A stretch of DNA of 64,000 bases from contig OZ037837.1 of NCBI GenBank assembly GCA_964035575.1, positions 1,860,001 to 1,924,000 on the forward strand. Reading direction: 5' to 3'. This document shows, piece after piece, positions 34,283-44,935 of this stretch. The stretch is from Rhynchopus sp. YZ270_cl-10. Its lineage: Eukaryota. The notes below the pieces were generated by a model that did no database searches, was not told where the DNA came from, and saw only the letters and a list, made by a program, of their open reading frames with translations. The first letter of the stretch is position 1; each line of letters starts with the position of its first letter. A program made the translations under genes and the position numbers.

Positions 34283-34935
34283 TATAAAAGTCTGATTGTT
34301 TCTCTCTCGCCTTGTCTTCATTTCAAGTTATGCCACACCCCTCTCAGCAGCCTGCTGATCAGAGTAAATGTTAAAGTATCAGCCTTTCTAGGTGTTCTTG
34401 AGTGAACAATGCAAGCATCCTCTCCAAAGCTTTTCTGTTGCGATTCTTTCTATTCCGATTTAGCCTTTTCACAAGTTGTGTAATATTTGCAAGCACTCTG
34501 TTTTGTCAGTTTCTCTTCCTTCTTCGACCAACAAAGATACCACACCACCCCAGACCCTTTTCAATTTTTCATTTCCTCTATTCTTCCCATCCAAGCCCTC
34601 CCCACACAATTCTGTTCCAGATGTAAATCTTGCCGTAATTTAACCATTTCTGTAATCTGTGTTCGTGCCGCAGGCGCAAGCGGCACTTGAAACATTTGAA
34701 ACAACATTGTATTGTGCTAATTGGTCGCCACCTGAAGTATCCGTAATTGAACTAGTTATCAAATCTGTGGTCAGTCTCATGGACGAATCATTGAATGCTG
34801 CATGCGCTGCCGACAATTGAAACGTTTGAAACAATATTGTATTGTACCAATTCACGCGAGAGCCCCCAACCCCAAAATTCTGGGAGGAAAAAAAGGGGGA
34901 AACAAAAAAAAAAAAAAAAAAAAAAAAAAAGGGAG

Positions 34936-35946
34936 CAGGCCTGGGCCTAAAGTGGGTGCCCGGGGCCCGATTTTGATTTTATTTTATTTTTTCTAAGGAT
35001 TTTACACGGGGGAAAAATTATTTTTTCTAAGGATTTTATACGGGGAAAATTTATTTTTCTAAGGGTTTTTCTTAGGGGAAAAAGTCTGGGGGGTCGGGCC
35101 GGGCCCCGTGTGGCTGAGAATAACTCGCACTCTGCCCGCCAGAGTGCGGTACCAAGCCATAATGAACAAAAAAAGTCTCCACCCCGCTTCCTTCGGTCTC
35201 GTCCCTTTCACCTCCCGCACAACAGAATAAATAATAATACAGTATGGTGCGTGTGACTGCAAACGTCGAGGGAACCTTGCTTCTTGCAGTGCTACAAGTG
35301 CTCGCCACCACGGTGGTAGCAAAGTGCATTGCGTTGGCGCACTTGGGCAGGCCCTGACGGCACTGAGGAACGAAAAAGAAAAATAATTCAGCGCCTCCCA
35401 GGTCTGCACCTTTAAAAAAAATTTGCCTGCGGCGCCATTTTCCCTTTTTTGCTCTGCAAAAAAGGATTCGCTGAGTGGCTTTGTGGTATAAAAGCGGCAT
35501 TTTTTATACTGTACCCTAATTTTTTTTCGCCTGCGGCGCCGTTTTATATTCATCCCGAACATTCGGGGTGCACGTAGCGCGTAGCGCGCCCGGGTTTAGG
35601 ACCCCTTCTTGAATTTCGAGGGGGCGGTTCACGTTACAGTGGGTCCAGAATCATAGTTCAATTTAACCCCGCTAAGCAACTCGCTGGTGGTAATGACCAA
35701 AACGTGTATCAGCCAAGAACTTGCCCATTTTTTTCAAAATGACCCCGTGACAGTGAGGGTAAAAGCTCGGAAAACCCGAAAAAGGCCAAAAAAAACCCCC
35801 CGAAAAGGGAAAACCGAGAACATATTTCGGCAGGGGGCAGCGTGTTCTCAGAAAAATCCAAAAATTGCCTGTAAAAATCCTTAGAAAAAACCTGGGTGCC
35901 CGATCCAAAAAAATGGAAAAAACCCCAGGGTGCCCGCCCACCCCTG
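34936..35946. mobile_element. hAT-like MITE, 1011 bp
   Basis: 8-bp TSD AAAGGGAG at 34928-34935 and 35947-35954. TIR CAGGCCTGGGC / CAGGGGTGGGC. Confidence 0.85.
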
Positions 35947-37409
35947 AAAGGGAGATACTGGGGGGGAGCTATTAAAGTATACGTATACTTTATTCGGCGG
36001 GAATTACTGCTTAAATGGCCAAAAAACGAAAAAGGAAAAAAAAAAAAAAAACACTGTTATTTTGGGGTTTCTAGTGGCCGAAACCTCGCGAAAACACCAC
36101 CATTGGCATTTTTGGGCCAATCCCAGCCAGTGGTGGGGTCAATGTGGAAAAATGAACAATTTTTTGGTGACTTAAATTTTCACAAATCTGAACCCCATCA
36201 GCACCAATCGTGTAAAAACTGATACACGCGTTTTAGGTCAAAAATACTCGTTTCTCAGCGCAAAGTGACCCCATCACAGCACGCACAGAATCCGGACCAC
36301 CGAAATCAAAAAAAAATACTACGGTGTCAATAACTATCTTCGCCCACACAGGAAAACGGGAAACGAAACAGGGGGAGAGTTTGTTAGTTGTACGCTTCCA
36401 CCCTTCCACACACACTCAGGACTGTTGTAATGCTCTTTTTGGTATCTTTTTTTTTTTTTTTTTTTTTTTTTTTGAAAACTGAATGTTTACAAAAACAGAG
36501 CCAAATAGAAAAGGTAAGAAAATGAAAGTCCTGAAGTACAGAAAGTGATGTGTGAGAAGGGAGGAGCACAAGTGAGGGTGAAAACAGTTAGAGCGACCGT
36601 AGCATTTCCCCTGTCAACTGCGTTTGACCTATAAAAATACTACGGTGTCAATAACTATCTTCGCCCACACAGGAAAACGGGAAACGAAACAGGGGGAGAG
36701 TTTGTTAGTTGTACGCTTCCACCCTTCCACACACACTCAGGACTGTTGTAATGCTCTTTTTGGTATCTTTTTTTTTTTTTTTTTTTTTTTTTTTGAAAAC
36801 TGAATGTTTACAAAAACAGAGCCAAATAGAAAAGGTAAGAAAATGAAAGTCCTGAAGTACAGAAAGTGATGTGTGAGAAGGGAGGAGCACAAGTGAGGGT
36901 GAAAACAGTTAGAGCGACCGTAGCATTTCCCCTGTCAACTGCGTTTGACCTATAAAAATACTACGGTGTCAATAACTATCTTCGCCCACACAGGAAAACG
37001 GGAAACGAAACAGGGGGAGAGTTTGTTAGTTGTACGCTTCCACCCAGGACCCTATGGGACGCGGTAGCGCAGAAAAAAAGAATGCCCCAACCACTCCCCA
37101 GCCTTTAAAACAGAGAAAATTATTCGTCCAAAACTACAGCCTCCTGAGCGTTCGTGCCTCGTGTGTATTCGTCTGCCTCTTGCATCGGAATGTTAACGTA
37201 GACACTTCTGATCCGTATGTACTTGTTTCTGGCGACGTCGAATCGTGCAAGCAGCAGGTGTGCCTGGTAACACGTTAAGTGACCCGCGTTAATATAATGC
37301 ACTGCCGCCAGGTTGTCGTGCAGGTTGACAGATTTGGTTAATTAACCGCAGTCGGAGCTAATGAGCTAAGGCGCTAATGAGCGAAGGAGCTAAAGAGCTA
37401 AGGCGCCAA

Positions 37410-37630
37410 GGAGCTAAGGAGCTAAGGAGCTAAGGAGCTAAGGAGCTAAGGAGCTAAGGAGCTAAGGAGCTAAGGAGCTAAGGAGCTAAGGAGCTAAGGA
37501 GCTAAGGAGCTAAGGAGCTAAGGAGCTAAGGAGCTAAGGAGCTAAGGAGCTAAGGAGCTAAGGAGCTAAGGAGCTAAGGAGCTAAGGAGCTAAGGAGCTA
37601 AGGAGCTAAGGAGCTAAGGAGCTAAGGAGC
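37410..37630. repeat. (GGAGCTAA)n microsatellite, ~27 copies
   Basis: Directly visible. Confidence 0.97.
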
Positions 37631-38629
37631 GTGGCAGCGGTTACTAACCGTGGTCGTCATGGGACCTTCACGAAGGATGAGGGCGCATGTGTCTACTTGC
37701 AGGGAAGCCAGAACCGCAGATAACCTTGTTGCGTATACCTCCTTGACGAAAATATGTATGTTCATAACAACATCAAGTGGTTAATGAACGAGCCTTGCAG
37801 GCAGCAGGTATGTCTGGTAACACGTTGAGAAACCCCTGTAAATACAATGCATTGCCGCCAGGTAGTCGGGCAAGCTGGCAGGTTGATAGATTTGGTTAAT
37901 TAACCGTAGTCGGAGCTAATGAGCTAAAGAGCTAATGAGCGTAGCAGATTGGTTAATAAACCGTGGTCGTAATGGCACCCTAGTAAATCTAATGTCTTCG
38001 TACACGGCCTTGCATACGAAGGCAGCACCGTGCTGTCTCCAGGAGACTCTACTCTTATGTGCATTGCTCCTTTCTGTTGTGGTGCCTGCGTTGTTAAGGT
38101 TCTGCGATTGGCTTTGCGGGCGTGCGCCTATTCATGACAACTACATTTGTAGGGTACAGCGTGTACAACGTCAGGTCACGCAGAACTGGATCCTCCTCTT
38201 GACAGCGCTCTCCTTCGCAAGCAACCCTACCTGGGCGACGTTGCCCCTACGCGTGGTGCAAGAGTGTAGCAGATTGGTTAATAAACCGTGGTCGTGGCAC
38301 CCACACGAAGGGTGAGGGTGCATGTGTCTACGTACAGGGAAGGCAGAAACGCAGATTTCTTTGTTGCGTATACCTCCTTTACGAAAATGTGTGTGCCTGG
38401 GTCGCACGCACCTTGTGAATCTCGGTCTGGGGAATCCATCCAGAAGAGCCGTCCATACGGAACCAGCGGAAGTGGTGACTGCAAAAAACTGAAGTTTGAA
38501 TAAAATGGGTCTCAATGCCCAAGACAGCGAAGCGGTGACAGCAGAATACGTAAGATTGAACAACAGGCGCAATGGCCCAACACAGCGATGCGATTAATCG
38601 CAAAAAACGGAGGACCCGTGGCCCAAAAC

Positions 38630-39580
38630 AGCGAGAACGGTAATTGCGAAAACTCCCGTTGAGCACCTTCGTGAAGACCAGTGTGAGGGTGCCGTCTGCA
38701 GGGTAGTCAGCTTCGTAGACATCCCTGTGGTCGCCGAGGGAGTCGAGTTCGTAGCCTTGCGTGTTGCGCAGTGAGAGCATGTTCCTGTATGTCATCCTCA
38801 GCACTCCTGTGCACCTGATTGCCCAGCACTTCGAGGTGGTTGCTGAGGTGGTCGCGTCCATCACACCGGCGTATGACACAGACGTGCTCACTGGACAGCT
38901 CGTGGCAGGCGGCAGCGTCTCTGGTAGTGCTGTCGGGTACGTTTTGTGGGGCAGAACGTATACACCTTGTACACCGCCCATGCCTGTGTAGTCCGACATA
39001 TTCAACCGTGTGTCGTCCGTGTCGACCAGAGATAGTGTGCCAAGATGCCCGCGCACGGCAACACCCACCGGTACTTACCCGCCTCCCTCACGGAACGTGA
39101 CACTGTGTCGAAAGTAGAGTGCCACGCAGGCAGTGTGAGCTGAGTTCTCTTGGGGAAGGATGCGGCAGGCAAAAGGGTCATGCTCGCGTCTTTCGTGCAC
39201 GTCCAGCTCAGGTGGAAGGAGATCGGGAACACGTCAGCGTGAACTCCCCGTTTGCAAGGTATTTACGCACCAACGAGGCGCCTCCGTTTCGTCCCTAAAT
39301 GGCAGTGCGGGCAGTGCCCCAGTGCAGGCCCACGACATGGCAAACGGAAAGTCTGGAGACGTCTTCACCAAGAGATGCACCTCAAAGTCGCCTGACACAT
39401 CGTAGCGTGCAGTGAAGGTGCCCTGCTCTGATGTGGTGTGCACGCTGCCGTTGCTGTGCCCCAGCAGGCACATCTCGTTGCCCACAGCACTGCCAATGTC
39501 CACTGCAACGTCAAGCACACCTTGGCACGGTATCACCCAGCGATGTGCATCCTCCCAGTTGGCCATCCTGAAGTGCGCTC
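38630..39580 (-). pseudogene. Fragmented host-like coding sequence inside SDR3, possibly CUB-like extracellular domains
   Basis: GC-richer stretch with three consecutive broken minus-strand ORFs. NWEDAHRWVIPCQG and SKCWAIRCTGVLRMTY resemble W-x-I-x-C CUB-like motifs. Weak. Confidence 0.35.
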
Positions 39581-39587
39581 CTCATTC

Positions 39588-40331
39588 ATCTCGAACAGCA
39601 ATGGTTAATAAACCTCTTCCAAATCTCGAACAGCAATGGTTAATAAACCTCATTCATCTCGAACAGCAATGGTTAATAAACCTTTTCCAAATCTCGAACA
39701 GCAATGGTTAATAAACCTCTTCCAAATCTCGAACAGCAATGGTTAAATATACCTCATTCAGCTCAAACAGCAATGGTTAATAAACCTCATTCATCTCGAA
39801 CAGCAATGGTTAAATATACCTCATTCATCTCGAAACAGCAATGGTTAATAAACCTTTTCCAAATCTCGAACAGCAATGGTTAATAAACCTCTTCCAAATC
39901 TCGAACAGCAATGGTTAAATATACCTCATTCAGCTCAAACAGCAATGGTTAATAAACCTCATTCATCTCGAACAGCAATGGTTAAATATACCTCATTCAT
40001 CTCGAAACAGCAATGGTTAATAAACCTCTTCCAAATCTCGAACAGCAATGGTTAATAAACCTCTTCCAAATCTCGAACAGCAATGGTTAAATATACCTCA
40101 TTCAGCTCAAACAGCAATGGTTAATAAACCTCATTCATCTCGAACAGCAATGGTTAAATATACCTCATTCATCTCGAACAGCAATGGTTAATAAACCTCT
40201 TCCAAATCTCGAAACGCAATGGTTAAATATACCTCATTCAGCTCGAACAGCAATGGTTAATAAACCTCATCCATCTCGAACGGCAATGGTTAAATATACC
40301 TCATTCATCTCGAAACAGCAATGGTTAATAA
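39588..40331. repeat. 33-36 bp minisatellite, ~22 copies, with 172-bp 5-mer higher-order period
   Basis: Core CGAACAGCAATGGTTAA. The variant GCTCAAACAG recurs at 39761, 39933 and 40105. Confidence 0.93.
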
Positions 40332-40368
40332 ATGTGGCTTCCAATTTTTTTTTTTTTTTTGAAAACTG

Positions 40369-42138
40369 CAGGGCTTCCCGCAGGATCTGGGGGTTTGGCC
40401 TCCCAGGGGGACCAGCCAAAAAAAGGTGAAAAAAATTTTTTTTTCGCGCCTTCAGGGTTTCCGCCAGGATTTGGGGTTTCAGAAATTGGGGGGGACCATC
40501 AAAAAGACCCCCCAAAATTTTTTTTCTCCCCGCAATAGCGGTCGTCGCGCGCTTCGCTGCAGGCCACAGAGTGGAGAGGCGAAGGGTGTGACAACCGTGG
40601 GAGTCTCCTTCTTGACAGCAAAGACAAGTCTGCTCTGCCAGCTTTGGCACAACTTTTTTGCGCCAGGCTTTTTAGCACCAGGTTAGATAGCCGTGCTAAG
40701 CTTCACAGCTGCGTTGTCTGGTAGAGGTAGGTAAGGGGTCTTGTGAGAGTGGAGGGTGATGGTATTTGCTTTTTTCCTTGTATGGCGCCACACAGTGATT
40801 GCAGTGCTGCAGTTGGAACATGTAATGAAAGTGTATGTACTCGTCGCTTGCCGAAGCCTCCTTTTAAAAGGGGCAATGCTCGGAAGTATCAATGGTATCA
40901 ATAATATCAACATCAAAGAGCCAGCAACACAGCGCCGCAGGCGCACGGTACGCTACTTTTTTATTTTTTTAGAGTTCGCCATCCCCTTTTCTTCCACTCC
41001 TTTTGACACAGCGAGTCAAATGCTCTGCACGGTGGGGTCACATGACCACGGGGGGTCATCTACAACCTCCAAAACCCATTTTTCTTAGGGGGGACCATGG
41101 TACCCCCCAAACCCCTGTAAAAATCCGGATTTTTCTGGGAAAAATATTGGGGGGGACCATGGTCCCCCCCGGTCCCCCTTGGCGGAAACCCTGGCCTTGT
41201 TGTGTGTGGTGTGTAGCACTAACGCTGACGCTACGTTACGTTACGTTACGCGCCTCTACGCACTTTAAGTGGTCAAAAATCATTTTTTCGCCTCCGGCGA
41301 AAATGTCCCGGTAAACCGTTAAAACTGCTGCATTCACTCGCATATTGCATATCATCTCACGTTCCCCACCTTTGCGGGATAAGCAAAAAAATCATGTCAG
41401 GTCGGTAGCGTGCAGACGTTTCCTAGTATAGACATCTACAAAAAGAAACGACAGTCATGGCAAAGGTTCCTGGCGAAGCCACGGTACGCAACATTTTAAA
41501 AAAAAAATGTTGCGCACCGATCAAATGGCACTGTCGTTGGTCATTATCGTCAGTTCCCGTAAATGTTACTTCCATATTTTGCTGAACGAAAGTTTTTGGC
41601 GAAGCCACGGTACGCAACATTTCAAAATATTGTGCTTAAAATTGCACTATTTTACAGCCAAACTATGTCATGCGTGGCTTGCAATCTTGCGCCGCAGGCG
41701 CACGGTACGCTACTTTTTTCCTTTCGCCATGTTGCATGCTTCCTTTTCCTTCGGCGTTTGACCAATTGAGTCGCGTTCTGGCTGTGACGGGGTCACTTTG
41801 TTCATGAGGCATACTCGTGGTTCTTTGCAACCGTTATATTCTGCCTCTTCCTGAGCAGATAACTTGGGACTCCGCCGGTCGCTTTGCAAATTCCATTATG
41901 GAAAGCTGTCTTGGTCCAGAGGACTTTTTTGGTGCCATCCTTTCCCCCTGTTAGTTGCCTGTATTTGGATGCGCGGGGACGGGAGGGTAGGAAAAAATTT
42001 AAAAAATGTGGAAAATTCCTAATAGGCAGCTTCGGAACACTCAACGGCAGGCTGGTCCCCCCTGGTCCCCCCTTATTTTTTTTTTTTTCCCCCAGGGGGA
42101 CCAGTGGTCCCCCCTGGTCCCCCCTGTGGGAAGCCCTG
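40369..42138. mobile_element. CAGGG-ended MITE with 5-bp TSD (hAT-like ends), 1770 bp
   Basis: 16-bp TIR CAGGGCTTCCC(G/A)CAGG. AACTG duplicated at 40364-68 and 42139-43. Empty site GAAAACTGAATG at 36474 and 36795. Confidence 0.9.
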
Positions 42139-44935
42139 AACTGAATGTTTACAAAAACAGAGCCAAATAGAAAAGGTAAGAAAATGAAAGTCCTGAAGTA
42201 CAGAAAGTGATGTGTGAGAAGGGAGGAGCACAAGTGAGGGTGAAAACAGTTAGAGCGACCGTAGCATTTCCCCTGTCAACTGCGTTTGACCTATAAAAAA
42301 TTTTTCGATTTTTTGTGCAAAACTTGCTGAAAAATTTTTTTAGTAAGAAAAATGTACACAAAAACCGTATACTTTATTTCACAGATTTACACGCTCAAAA
42401 TGGGTTTCCGCACCGTATACTTTATTACCCCCGTATACTTTATTAGCACCGTATACTTTATTAGCCCCCCCCCAGTAGTCAGACTTACCCTACCCTATTT
42501 TGAAAAAGTTCAGACTTGCCCTATGAAAAAGTTCAGACTTGCCCGAAAATAAGTTCAGACTTGCCCTAAAAGTGTTTTTAGGGCAAGTCTGAACTTATTT
42601 TTAGGGCAAACACTTTTTTTAGGGCAAGTCTGAACTTTTTTAGGGCAAGTCTGAACTTTTTTAGGGCAAGTCTGAACTTTTTTAGGGCAAGTCTGAACTT
42701 ATTTTTAGGGTAAGTCTGAACTTATTTTAGGGCAACAAGTCAGGCCACTTTGGCTGGGGCACTCTTGGGGCCCCATGTGGTATGACTTGTTTTATTGCCC
42801 TAAAATGCCTAACCGAGCCGGAGCCCAAAAATTGATGCCAGAAACCACCAGCCACCCGGAAAGGGTGAACAGGCAGTCCACGTTGGGCCAGAACCGGTTA
42901 CAAAGGAAGCCGTGTTCTGGGGCAACGTGGGGCGCAAAGTTTTACAATTTTCATGCACGGGTGCTCCACAAATTACCAAGTATTCCTTCTTTGTTGAATT
43001 GAGAGAGAGTCAGTGTTTAGCTACCACGCGGGTTTGCTTAGAATCCTTCGAGGCCGGCACAATTTTATTTATGTGGTCGGTTAAGACATGCCTATTGAAG
43101 AACAACGAGGTCATCGTTGAAAGGAGCGAACTCCCCTTCCCACAACATCTCTCACATTTCAACTCAGAATTCATACTTGGTTATTTGCTTTGTCCATACG
43201 CAATCAAATTGTCATGCTTTCAAGAGCATGCCTGGCCAAAATGCAACAACGTAGAAAAATTGTTGTTGTTCCAAAAGGCAACAAGACCACCCACAAGGGG
43301 TTGAATTGTGCACTGTCCGGGGGAGCGCAAAGTTTTTTCCCTGTACACAGTGGACACATCTTTATCACTTTGTTCCCACGGGGACACATTTGGATACTGC
43401 ACGCATGCAGAAGTGCCAAACATGTCCGCACGTGGAGTGGAGTGTCCATCATGTTTTCCTGGTTTCCAAAAAGCAGTTTTCTTGCACTTACTATTTGCCC
43501 CGGTGTCTGGCAATAGAAGTGGCTAACATTGTAATGAGTAGCATATACATACCGTTGATCCAAATGAGTAAGGCGACCAACAAGTCCTCTGGACTTTTTT
43601 GTTGTGACGACAATCGCGGAGTAATCCCGGAGAATTACATCCTCGTATAAAAAGTTAAAGGTAGAGGTGGGGAAACTGTAGCTATAGAAATAGTTGTTGC
43701 AGTAGTGCAGACACCCGAGGGTGCACCACTATGCTTTTCTTTGGTTGTATCGACAATTTTACGTACATGATGTAGGACCTGTACAATGTCGCCCAAAGGC
43801 TTTGTACTTACTGCAGTAATCGGTATTTTTTTTTTGTTACTACTACGTCGTGTTCTATGAGGAGTCGCGTTTGGGTGCGGAAGTCTTTTTTCTGGTCTCT
43901 GTTCTGTACGGGTCTCGGATCGTGGTGCGGTACTGCGGTGCGGTACCTGAGAGTTTTTTAGAGTGATGATAAAGGTCAGAGGGTTTTCCCCTCCCATTTG
44001 TGTCATTATTTAATTTTGCTCGGAAAGTGGGGTGTCCTGGACACGAGGAAATTCAGTTGCATGGAAAAAAAGTTGCATACCATAGGTTGCTCATTTCACT
44101 ACCAGGACTCGTCGCGAATAGCCCATACGTGCCCTAAACAGAAACGCAAAAACGACGACCGCCGGGCTCTGTAACCCAAGAGCCCCCAGCTTGCCCAATA
44201 AATAAGTGCAGGGTTGCCCTAAAAAAGTTCAGACTTGCCCTAAAAAAGTTCAGACTTGCCCTAAAAAAAGTGTTTGCCCTAAAAATAAGTTCAGACTTGC
44301 CCGAAATAAGTTCAGACTTGCCCTAAAAACACTTTTAGGGCAAGTCTGAACTTATTTCGGGCAAGTCTGAACTTTTTCAAAATAGGGTAGGGTAAATCTG
44401 ACTATTTCCCAAAAAAAAAAAAAAAAATGCCGGAAAACGCCTAAGTACAAAATAATACTTTGGACAGCTTTTTGTGAAGGAATTACCCTAGCTATCCACC
44501 CCCTAGTATTTCTAAAAACGAAAGTTTCTGGCGAAGCCACGGTACGCAACATTTCAAAAATATAAATGCGCTTAAAATTGACCATTTTTTCAGCCAAACT
44601 ATGTCATGGGAAGGGTGCATTGCAAGCTTGCGCCGCAGGTGCACGGTACGCTACTTTTTTTTCTTCCGCCATGCTGCATGCTTCCTTTTCCTTCGGCGTT
44701 TGACCAATTGAGTCGCGTTCTGGTCTCCCACGGTTGATGAAACGATGAGAAAAAAATCGCCAAAAACTCGTAACGATGGTTAGCAAAATGCCTGCCGAAC
44801 CCCTCCTCAAAAAAATAAAATAAAATAAAAAATCCTGGTAGGGCAGGAGGGCGGACCTTGCCCTACCAGGAAAAAAAACCAAATTTAATAGGTATGGCGA
44901 ATGCCATACCAGCCTGATCAGGCACGACAGCACTG

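Larger units (their letters stand above)
36312..42299 (-). mobile_element. Split-direct-repeat element SDR3 (A-internal-B-[A-x-B]x2)
   Basis: B (~92 bp) at 36312-36403, 36633-36724 and 36954-37045. A (~190 bp with poly-A on minus) at ~36447-36637, ~36768-36958 and 40345-40368 + 42144-42299 (split by a later MITE). 321-bp period. Confidence 0.85.
35958..42475. mobile_element. TA-flanked (Tc1/mariner-style) MITE, own sequence ~0.5 kb, hosting SDR3
   Basis: TA at 35956-57 and 42476-77. TIR CTGGGGGGG(A)GCTA(T/A)TAAAGTATACG. Subterminal CGTATACTTTATT repeats. Confidence 0.85.
34931..44410. mobile_element. G-ended long-TIR DNA transposon inserted in a poly-A tract (own sequence ~1.9 kb, mostly 42476-44410); superfamily uncertain
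   Basis: Left end reconstructed after removing two insertions is GGGAGATAGTCAGACTTACCCTACCCTATTTTGAAAAAGTTCAGACTTGCCC. It matches the reverse complement of the right end (GGGAAATAGTCAGATTTACCC...). Many AAGTTCAGACTTGCCC subterminal repeats. Poly-A on both flanks. Confidence 0.8.
22487..44505. mobile_element. TAG-ended hAT-like element carrying the USP gene (own sequence ~5.7 kb)
   Basis: Imperfect TIR TAGGGGATGGCTAGCTA / TAGGGGGTGGATAGCTA plus inverted subterminal CTGTCCAAAGTATTA. Direct flank GTATTTC at 22480-22486 and 44506-44512. Confidence 0.8.
22195..44935. mobile_element. Outer hAT-like element (own sequence ~0.72 kb, inflated to 22.7 kb by nested insertions)
   Basis: Perfect 11-bp TIR CAGTGCTGTCG...CGACAGCACTG. 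8-bp TSD CTTGCAGT at 22187-22194 and 44936-44943. Empty site in gene 1 at ~4500 (AACCTTGCAGTCTCCACAC). Motif CCTGGTAGGGCA in both arms. Confidence 0.93.

Noticed and set aside
39588..40331. CRISPR-like 33-36 bp repeats
   Set aside because: Repeats are contiguous with only a few recurring variants; it is a minisatellite with higher-order structure.
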